DNA of 64,000 nucleotides from Gammaproteobacteria bacterium (GTDB lineage Bacteria; Pseudomonadota; Gammaproteobacteria; JBCCGL01): NCBI GenBank assembly GCA_965277715.1, contig OZ255836.1, positions 3,168,001 to 3,232,000 of the forward strand, read 5' to 3'. Shown piece by piece: positions 57,028 to 64,000 of this stretch (position 1 is its first letter; each line of letters starts with the position of its first letter). The notes under the pieces were generated by a model. It saw only the letters and a program-made list of their open reading frames with translations, ran no database searches and was not told where the DNA came from. The position numbers and the translations under genes were made by a program.

Positions 57028-57273
57028 TTAATTTATATCTAAAGCCACCCGCTTACGCTCTACAATATTATCCAAAACAAGCAGTTTGTCTGCACGGGAC
57101 ATAATCATCCACTCGCGAATTTCATCCTGGCTGCGGTAGCAGCCATCGCAAAACGGCGTCCCTTTAAACTGACATACCCGCACACAGGGTGAAGGCACGG
57201 AGTGATCGATTTCCCGGCGCCGCGACCCACGCCGATTTTGGCGGCGCCGCGCACCTTGCTGTTCATCTTGCAT
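57028..57273 (-). CDS. DUF1289 domain small Cys-rich protein
   Basis: SPCVRVC...FCDGCYRSQDEIREW. Confidence 0.85.
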   Translation of the reverse strand: MQDEQQGARRRQNRRGSRRREIDHSVPSPCVRVCQFKGTPFCDGCYRSQDEIREWMIMSRADKLLVLDNIVERKRVALDIN

Positions 57274-57276
57274 AAA

Positions 57277-58941
57277 TTAAGCTAACTTTTTGTAACGCAC
57301 CCGGTGGGGCTGTGCCGCCTCATCACCTAAACGCTGTTTGCGGTCTGCTTCGTATTCTGTGTAGTTACCCTGATAGAACACTACCCGTGAATCGTCTTCG
57401 TAAGCCAATATATGCGTCGCTACCCGGTCGAGAAACCAGCGGTCATGCGAGATAACAATCGCCGCACCCGGAAAGTCCAGCAGGGCTTCTTCCAGTGCGC
57501 GCAAGGTTTCCACATCGAGGTCATTTGATGGCTCATCGAGCAGCAATACATTGGCGCCTTGTTTCAGGGTTAGCGCCAGGTGCAAGCGCCCACGCTCACC
57601 GCCTGAGAGGTCTTTAACAGACTTTTGCTGATCCGCGCCTTTGAAGTTAAACCGGCCACAGTAGTTGCGCGAGGGCACTTCGTAATGGCCGATGCGAATA
57701 ATATCCAACCCATCAGAGATCATTTCAAATACGGTTTTATCACCATCGAGCGCGTCACGGCTTTGATCAACACAGGCGATTTGCACGGTTTCACCTATAT
57801 CGATACTGCCCTGATCCGGCTGCTCGGCGCCGGTGATCATCCTAAATAAAGTCGACTTGCCCGCGCCATTGCCACCGATGACGCCGACAATAGAACCAGC
57901 GGGCATAATAAACGATAGGTCATCGATCAATACGCGCTCACCATAACCTTTACTGACACCGTTGAATTCAATCACTTTATCGCCGAGCCGCTCGCCGGGT
58001 GGAATATAGATTTCATTGGTTTCACTGCGTTTTTGAAATTCCTGGGACTGCAATTCAGCAAAGCGTTGTAAACGGGCTTTCGATTTTGACTGGCGCGCCT
58101 TAGCGCCCTGGCGTACCCATTCCAACTCAGCTTTCATCGTCTTGGCGTGTGACGAGGCCTGCTTGGCCTCCTGCTCCAGGCGTGACGCTTTGGCTTCCAA
58201 CCAGCCCGAGTAATTGCCTTCATAGGGAATACCCTGACCTCGATCCAGCTCAAGAATCCAACCCGCCACATTATCGAGAAAATAGCGGTCATGGGTAATC
58301 GCAACCACCGTACCGGGAAAATCGTGCAGGAAATGCTCCAGCCAGGCGACCGAATCGGCGTCGAGGTGGTTAGTCGGCTCATCCAGCAACAACATATCCG
58401 GGGCAGATAACAACAAACGGCACAGTGCCACCCGGCGCTTTTCACCACCGGACAAGTGACCGACATTCGCCTCCCACGCTGGCAGCCGCAAAGCGTCGGC
58501 GGCGACATCGAGCTGACGCTCAAGATTATGCCCATCAGCCGCTTGCAATATTGCCTCCAGCTTTGCCTGCTCGGTGGCGAGCGCATCAAAATCGGCATCC
58601 GGCTCCGCATAAGCGGCATACACCTCATCGAGCCGCGCCTGCGCCGACTTCACCTCATCGACCGACTCCTCGACCACCTCACGCACCGTTTTTGCCGGAT
58701 CGAGCTGTGGCTCCTGCGGCAAATACCCCACATTAATACCGGGCATCGGCTTAGCCTCACCTTCAATCTCAGTATCCACCCCCGCCATAATCCGCAACAG
58801 CGTCGACTTACCCGCACCGTTTAAACCGAGTACACCAATCTTCGCGCCGGGGAAAAATGACAGAGAAATATTCTTGAGTATCTCGCGCTTGGGGGGCACC
58901 ACCTTACCAACGCGGTGCATACTGTAAACATACTGGGCCAT
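57277..58941 (-). CDS. ettA: Energy-dependent translational throttle protein EttA (ABC-F)
   Basis: MAQYVYSMHRVGKVVPP, FFPGAKIGVLGLNGAGKSTL, two ABC cassettes, ELEWVRQ linker, PHRVRYKKL end; 554 aa. Confidence 0.97.
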   Translation of the reverse strand: MAQYVYSMHRVGKVVPPKREILKNISLSFFPGAKIGVLGLNGAGKSTLLRIMAGVDTEIEGEAKPMPGINVGYLPQEPQLDPAKTVREVVEESVDEVKSAQARLDEVYAAYAEPDADFDALATEQAKLEAILQAADGHNLERQLDVAADALRLPAWEANVGHLSGGEKRRVALCRLLLSAPDMLLLDEPTNHLDADSVAWLEHFLHDFPGTVVAITHDRYFLDNVAGWILELDRGQGIPYEGNYSGWLEAKASRLEQEAKQASSHAKTMKAELEWVRQGAKARQSKSKARLQRFAELQSQEFQKRSETNEIYIPPGERLGDKVIEFNGVSKGYGERVLIDDLSFIMPAGSIVGVIGGNGAGKSTLFRMITGAEQPDQGSIDIGETVQIACVDQSRDALDGDKTVFEMISDGLDIIRIGHYEVPSRNYCGRFNFKGADQQKSVKDLSGGERGRLHLALTLKQGANVLLLDEPSNDLDVETLRALEEALLDFPGAAIVISHDRWFLDRVATHILAYEDDSRVVFYQGNYTEYEADRKQRLGDEAAQPHRVRYKKLA

Positions 58942-59126
58942 AGATTACCTGTGAGGCAGTGTTTTCGAGGAACGCAAAACTAACCGATGCCCAGACAATG
59001 GGCAAGCGATAGCAACGCAGGAGCAGTTGCCGGGGAGTTGCCGAGGAGCGGTAGCTTCGCCTGTAAAGCGCAAAGAAACACACCAAAACACCGCGAGCGA
59101 AACCGCAACTACCCCACACACATAGT

Positions 59127-60338
59127 CTACAAAGAATCCAACAACTCAATCCAATGAACCACCGGCACCTCCGTCCCCGACTGCAAATGATACATACATC
59201 CCATATTCGCCGTAGCAATCAATGAAGGCGCATTTAACTGCAAAGCATCAAGCTTTTGCTGCCGCAGACTTTTCGCCAACCCAGGCTGTAATAGGGAATA
59301 AGTACCGGCCGAACCACAACACAAATGTTTATCTACCACCGGCACAAGATCAAACCCCAGTTTTTCCAGCAACGATTCCACCCGCCCCGGCAATTTCTGC
59401 GCATGTTGCAAAGTACACGGCGGATGAAAGGCAATCGGCTGTTTATGTGCGCTCACATTAAGCACTTGCAGATTCTCCTGCTGCAACACTTCAACAATGT
59501 CTTTACACAGCGCCGAAACCCGCACCGCTTTTTCTGCGTAATCCGGGTCATCGCGCAAAATATCACCGTAATCTTTAACCACCGCACCACAGCCGCTGGC
59601 ATTAACCACAATCGCCTCAGCACCCGCCTGAATGGCAGGCCACCAGGCGTCAATATTGGCCCGCATAAATTTCCTGGCATTGGTTTTATCGTGGGTGTGG
59701 TAACTGGCAGCGCCACAGCAACCGGACGCGGGTGCAGGCGCAATGCCAATACCGAGTTTGTCGAGCACACGCTGTGTCGCAGCATTGATATTGGGTGCCA
59801 TCGCGGGCTGGGCGCAGCCGTTTAACAAGAGCATTGTGCGGGGGTGCCGGGCGCCCGGCACACTGCCCGGTGCGCGTCGTGGGTAAATTTTGGCACGCAA
59901 AACAGCAGGCAACAGTGGCCGAAAAATCTGCCCAAGGCGAATCAGAGGGCCAATGCGTTTGGGGTATGGGATGATTTTCAGCAGACAGGCACGGAACCAG
60001 CGCTCCCGCCACGGGCGGGCGACTTTCTCTTCAACCAGGGATTTGCCAATCTCAAGCAGTTGCCCATAGCGCACACCGGAGGGGCAGGTGGTTTCGCAGT
60101 TAAGGCAGCTCAGGCAACGGTCGAGGTGTCGCTGGGTGTTGCGTGTGGGGGTGGCGCCTTCGAGTACTTCTTTTATCTGGTAGATACGCCCACGCGGCCC
60201 GTCAAGCTCGTCACCGAGCAATTGGTAGGTGGGGCAAGTGGCCGTACAAAACCCACAGTGCACACATTTGCCGAGGATATCTCTGGCGCGTTTGCCCTCT
60301 GGGGTGTCTTTGATAACGTCGGCAAGGCGTGTATCCAT
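59127..60338 (-). CDS. glcF: Glycolate oxidase iron-sulfur subunit GlcF
   Basis: CVHCGFCTATCPTY, ELDGPRGRI, CLSCLNCETTCPSGV, CCG domains. Confidence 0.95.
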   Translation of the reverse strand: MDTRLADVIKDTPEGKRARDILGKCVHCGFCTATCPTYQLLGDELDGPRGRIYQIKEVLEGATPTRNTQRHLDRCLSCLNCETTCPSGVRYGQLLEIGKSLVEEKVARPWRERWFRACLLKIIPYPKRIGPLIRLGQIFRPLLPAVLRAKIYPRRAPGSVPGARHPRTMLLLNGCAQPAMAPNINAATQRVLDKLGIGIAPAPASGCCGAASYHTHDKTNARKFMRANIDAWWPAIQAGAEAIVVNASGCGAVVKDYGDILRDDPDYAEKAVRVSALCKDIVEVLQQENLQVLNVSAHKQPIAFHPPCTLQHAQKLPGRVESLLEKLGFDLVPVVDKHLCCGSAGTYSLLQPGLAKSLRQQKLDALQLNAPSLIATANMGCMYHLQSGTEVPVVHWIELLDSL

Positions 60339-60340
60339 AT

Positions 60341-61432
60341 TTATTCAGCATCCTGTGCGTACATTCGCCCTGGATTAAAAATACCCTGGGGATCGAAAGC
60401 GTGTTTAACCGCCCGGTTAAGGCGTTGCTGGATGGAATTTAAAGGGTGGAAAACAGCTTGTACCGGCGAGTCTTTGGCGCGGCGGAAACACACGGCGTGT
60501 GCCGCGTGTTTTTCAGCGATGGCCCGGATTGATGCGGCATTATCGCGGCTGAAAAACCAGCGCTGGGCGCCGCCCCAGTCGATAAGCTGCTCACCCAGGC
60601 CTGCAATTACTGGCGTCGCTGGCGGCAGCGATAAGCGCCATAAGTCGCCCTTGTCCTCGATCTGGCCCTCACCCTGGGTAAAGAACGCCAATGTGTGCTC
60701 GCGCAGTTGTTGCCACAAGCTATTGTCTTGCAGGTCTCCACCGAGTTTTTGGCGCGCTGCGCTAACCCCGGCGTGTGCGCCAGACAAGCGCAGCCACAGG
60801 TGTTTATCGCAATACGCCGCTGCGGACAGCGGGCACGGTGTGAGGCCGATGTCGGCGATGGTATCGATGGCCGCTTGGGCGTTCATCGCCAGAGCCAGGG
60901 TAATTTCGGTTTCAGGTTTGGGCAGCACTTTTATCGAGACATCGAGGATTACACCAAGGGTGCCGAGTGCGCCTGTCATCAAGCGGGATACGTCGTAACC
61001 GGCCACATTTTTCATCACTTCACCGCCAAAGCGCAGCACTTCACCGCGCCCGTTGATGATGTGCATACCCAGCACCAGATCACGCGCCGCACCACCCCAG
61101 GGACGGCGTGAGCCAGACAGTCCACAGGCGATAGTGCCACCCAGCGTCGCACCAGGGCCGAAGTGGGGCGGCTCAAATGGCAGTAGCTGGTGATGTTCGT
61201 CGAGCGTTTTTTCCAGTTCGACAAGCGGCGTGCCTGCACGTGCAGTAATCACCAGTTCACTCGGTGTGTAGTTGATGATTCCGCTGTGACCACTGATATC
61301 CAGCAACTCTCCGCTGACCGGGCGCCCATAAAAATCTTTGCTACCCCCCGCCCGTAGGTGTAGCGGTGTCTGCTTATCGAGTGCCTGTGCGACAGCGGTT
61401 TGCAGCGTTGCAGTGTGGTCACAATGGTTCAT
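60341..61432 (-). CDS. glcE: Glycolate oxidase FAD-binding subunit GlcE
   Basis: GGSKDFYG, ELVITARAGTPL, PFEPP, FGGEVMKNVAGYDVSRL, FDPQGIFNPGR; start at MNHCDH (61432), since the longer ORF overlaps glcD. Confidence 0.93.
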   Translation of the reverse strand: MNHCDHTATLQTAVAQALDKQTPLHLRAGGSKDFYGRPVSGELLDISGHSGIINYTPSELVITARAGTPLVELEKTLDEHHQLLPFEPPHFGPGATLGGTIACGLSGSRRPWGGAARDLVLGMHIINGRGEVLRFGGEVMKNVAGYDVSRLMTGALGTLGVILDVSIKVLPKPETEITLALAMNAQAAIDTIADIGLTPCPLSAAAYCDKHLWLRLSGAHAGVSAARQKLGGDLQDNSLWQQLREHTLAFFTQGEGQIEDKGDLWRLSLPPATPVIAGLGEQLIDWGGAQRWFFSRDNAASIRAIAEKHAAHAVCFRRAKDSPVQAVFHPLNSIQQRLNRAVKHAFDPQGIFNPGRMYAQDAE

Positions 61433-61451
61433 CGGTTCAATCGGGGTCGGC

Positions 61452-62966
61452 TCAAAATCGGGGGAGATGGGGGTGGGGTAGCTGGTTGTTGTGTACGTGC
61501 ATGGCGCCAAATTCAGCGCAGCGGTGCAGCGTGGGCACGGCTTTACCGGGGTTGAGTAGCGCAAGTGGGTCGAAGGCGCGTTTGAGCGCGTGGAACTGTT
61601 CGCGCTCGGCGTCGTTAAACTGTACACACATTTGGTTGATTTTCTCCATGCCGACCCCGTGCTCACCCGTGATGGTGCCGCCAACTTCAACACACAGTTC
61701 GAGGATTTTACCGCCGAGTTCCTCGGTTTTTTCCAGCTCACCGGGCACGCTGGCATCGTACAGGATCAGCGGGTGCAGATTGCCATCGCCCGCGTGAAAG
61801 ACATTCGCCACACGCAAACCGTAGTGGTCAGATAGTGCGGCCATTTTTTGCAATACCTCGGGCAACCGAGAGCGCGGGATGGTGCCATCCATGCAGTAGT
61901 AGTCTGGCGAGATACGCCCCACGGCGGGAAATGCCGCCTTGCGACCGGCCCAGAAGCGCTGGCGTTCGGCCTCATCGCGTGCCAGGCGCACTTCGCTGGC
62001 ACCGCAGCGCTCGGCAATGCGCTGCACTTCGCCAATCTGCTGCGTTACTTCGGCGGTACTGCCGTCCAGTTCACATAACATAATCGCGGCGGCATCGATC
62101 GGGTAGCCTGCGTGAAGAAAATCCTCGGCGGCGCGCAGCGACAGTTGATCCATCATCTCCATGCCACCGGGGATGATACCGGCACCGATCACCTCGCCGA
62201 CCATTTTGCCGGCGTCGAGTACCTCGTCGAATGCCGCCATCACCACTTGCGCACACGCCGGTTTGGGTATCAGTTTAACGCGTATTTCGACGATGATGCC
62301 GAGCAGCCCTTCGGAGCCGGTAATCACCGCGAGTAAGTCGTAGCCCGGTGAGTCGAGAGCGGCACTGCCCAGCGTGACCCGCTCACCGTCGACGGTGACG
62401 ATGGTGACATCGAGGATATTGTGCACGGTCAGGCCGTACTTCAAACAATGTACGCCGCCGGAATTTTCCGCGACATTGCCGCCAATAGTGCAGGCGATTT
62501 GCGATGAGGGATCGGGAGCGTAGTAGAGATTGTGCTGCGCGACGGCCTCGCTGATGGCGATATTGCGCACCCCCGGCTGCACGCGGGCGCTGCGGTTTTT
62601 ACTATCGACCGCGAGGATGCGGTTAAAGCGTGCCAGACTGAGCACAATGCCGCTGGCAAAGGGCAGTGCCCCGCCGGATAGGCCAGTTCCTGCACCCCGC
62701 GCCACCACCGGCACACGGCGTGCGTGGCACAGACACATAACCGCTTGTACCTGCTCAATGGTATCGGGCAGTACCACCGCCATAGGCACCTGGCGGTAAG
62801 CCGACAGGCCATCGCACTCGTAGGGTTTTAACTCTTCAGGTGCGCTGAGTACACCGACTCCAGCCCGATACCCCGGTGCTTGGCCACTGGGCACAAGTGC
62901 GCGCAAATCGGCAATCAGTCGATCGCGGTCGACAGCCGGAAAGTCGAATGTTTCGTTTATCTGCAT
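61452..62966 (-). CDS. glcD: Glycolate oxidase subunit GlcD (FAD-linked)
   Basis: PYECDGL, ARGAGTGLSGGA, YAPDPSSQIACTIGGNVAENSGG, HAGDGNLHP, GEHGVG; ORF open from 63008. Confidence 0.95.
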   Translation of the reverse strand: MQINETFDFPAVDRDRLIADLRALVPSGQAPGYRAGVGVLSAPEELKPYECDGLSAYRQVPMAVVLPDTIEQVQAVMCLCHARRVPVVARGAGTGLSGGALPFASGIVLSLARFNRILAVDSKNRSARVQPGVRNIAISEAVAQHNLYYAPDPSSQIACTIGGNVAENSGGVHCLKYGLTVHNILDVTIVTVDGERVTLGSAALDSPGYDLLAVITGSEGLLGIIVEIRVKLIPKPACAQVVMAAFDEVLDAGKMVGEVIGAGIIPGGMEMMDQLSLRAAEDFLHAGYPIDAAAIMLCELDGSTAEVTQQIGEVQRIAERCGASEVRLARDEAERQRFWAGRKAAFPAVGRISPDYYCMDGTIPRSRLPEVLQKMAALSDHYGLRVANVFHAGDGNLHPLILYDASVPGELEKTEELGGKILELCVEVGGTITGEHGVGMEKINQMCVQFNDAEREQFHALKRAFDPLALLNPGKAVPTLHRCAEFGAMHVHNNQLPHPHLPRF

Positions 62967-63039
62967 GTTGTATGATGGGGCAAAACCTGTGGCAGATGAT
63001 TCTGCCATATTCCTAACCGTTTATGTCGACTGTCCGCTA

Positions 63040-63393
63040 ATGATGCAACCTATTGAAGCCCACGCTGGCGAAGCCCGTAGTGGGGTATCTGTTTCCATGG
63101 TGGCTTTATTGCCATTGTTATTAATTCCGCTGGTTATCAGTGGGTTTTTCCTCGTCTATGCGCTGGTCGGTCTGGTGCTGGAGGGCGATAGCCTAATCCG
63201 CTGGCGCAATGAAGCCTGGAGCGTTTCCTGGCCCACAGCGTCTATCCAGCTCGGTGTGTGCGTTTGCATTATTGCCTACGCCCGGTATAAAAAACTGCCC
63301 TGGGGACATCTGTTGAACTGGTCGAGCATCGCGCACGGTGTGTTGATGTTATCGCTGGCGATGGTTGTCTACGCCCTCACGCATTTAGCCTAA
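63040..63393 (+). CDS. Hypothetical membrane protein (~3 TM)
   Basis: Hydrophobic ORF divergent from glcD and co-oriented with the VanZ-like gene; no motif recognised. Confidence 0.6.
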   Translation: MMQPIEAHAGEARSGVSVSMVALLPLLLIPLVISGFFLVYALVGLVLEGDSLIRWRNEAWSVSWPTASIQLGVCVCIIAYARYKKLPWGHLLNWSSIAHGVLMLSLAMVVYALTHLA

Positions 63394-63410
63394 TCACCGC
63401 TCTGCCCGTA

Positions 63411-63821
63411 ATGACCCGCTTTTCTGGTCTATTGGTACGTACACAACTTCGCTGGTTCAAGGTGTGGCTGGCACTGGGTATTTGCCTGATCGCCGCTGTA
63501 TTTTATCTATCGCTGACCCCGGTATCGATGCCTATGCCGCAGGAGCACTTCGATAAGCTGTATCACGCGGCAACTTACACGCTGATGATGGCCTGGTTTA
63601 TCCAGCTCTACCGGGGGGCGCGCAGCTATTTGCTGCTGGCGTGTGGTTTTATTGTGATGGGCGCGTCGATAGAAGTACTTCAGGGCTTCCACCCCATGCG
63701 CTATTTTGATGTGTTGGATATGTTGGCCAACGCAGTGGGTGTGGTGGTGGTATGGATTTTTGCTGGCGGGCGGCTGGCCACCTTATTGTGGCGCCTTGAG
63801 CAACGGTTTCAGGTTGATTAA
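63411..63821 (+). CDS. VanZ family membrane protein
   Basis: DKLYHAATY, IEVLQ, R.FDVLDMLANAVG. Confidence 0.85.
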   Translation: MTRFSGLLVRTQLRWFKVWLALGICLIAAVFYLSLTPVSMPMPQEHFDKLYHAATYTLMMAWFIQLYRGARSYLLLACGFIVMGASIEVLQGFHPMRYFDVLDMLANAVGVVVVWIFAGGRLATLLWRLEQRFQVD

Positions 63822-63833
63822 AACTGCCACTAC

Positions 63834-64000
63834 CTATTTATGCATCCGGTTCCATGCATCCAGTGCCGCTATTTTGTAGGCTTCTGCCAGGGTTGGGTAG
63901 TTAAACGCATTGTCGAGAAAGTACTCCAGTGTACCCTTTAAAGTCAGCACGGCCTGGCCAATATGGATCAACTCGGTAGCGCCCTCACCGAGAATATGGA
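63834..64000 (-). CDS. sthA: Soluble pyridine nucleotide transhydrogenase SthA/UdhA, C-terminal part (runs off the window)
   Basis: Manual minus-strand translation: HILGEGATELIHIGQAVLTLKGTLEYFLDNAFNYPTLAEAYKIAALDAWNRMHK*. Confidence 0.88.
   Translation of the reverse strand, partial: HILGEGATELIHIGQAVLTLKGTLEYFLDNAFNYPTLAEAYKIAALDAWNRMHK

Noticed and set aside
59844-60998. 384-aa plus-strand ORF
   Set aside because: Fully antisense to glcE/glcF with no recognisable motif
61433-61756. N-terminal extension of GlcE in the ORF track (471 aa)
   Set aside because: It overlaps the glcD 3' end in another frame; GlcE-like sequence begins at ATG 61432

Overview
Gammaproteobacterial chromosomal segment. 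Housekeeping genes lie on both sides: sulP, msrA, yceI/yceJ, a periplasmic binding protein plus CHASE-PAS-GGDEF-EAL pair, tauE, an FAH-family gene, typA, gloA, DUF2333, asmA, mutY and yggX on the left; DUF1289, ettA, glcDEF, a vanZ-like gene and partial sthA on the right. Between them is an approximately 39.7-kb accessory island starting at tRNA-Phe(GAA). The island carries an ietAS-type AAA ATPase/S8 protease module, a Fic gene and a two-partner-secretion polymorphic toxin locus: cdiB/tpsB, a ~6,960-aa cdiA/tpsA, a putative immunity gene and four downstream orphan C-terminal cassettes (two intact with immunity genes, two truncated). Two features are unusual. First, every orphan is fused in frame to the same non-cdiA 27-codon signal-peptide-like leader and ~155-bp upstream segment, so the orphans may be separately expressed and exported rather than silent. 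Second, about 20 copies of a TGACCCC(T)n motif sit at essentially every breakpoint in the array (truncated orphans, IS4/ISL3 remnants, a dehydrogenase fragment), which points to motif-directed rearrangement. All protein-family calls are by-eye motif recognition; no database searches were run.
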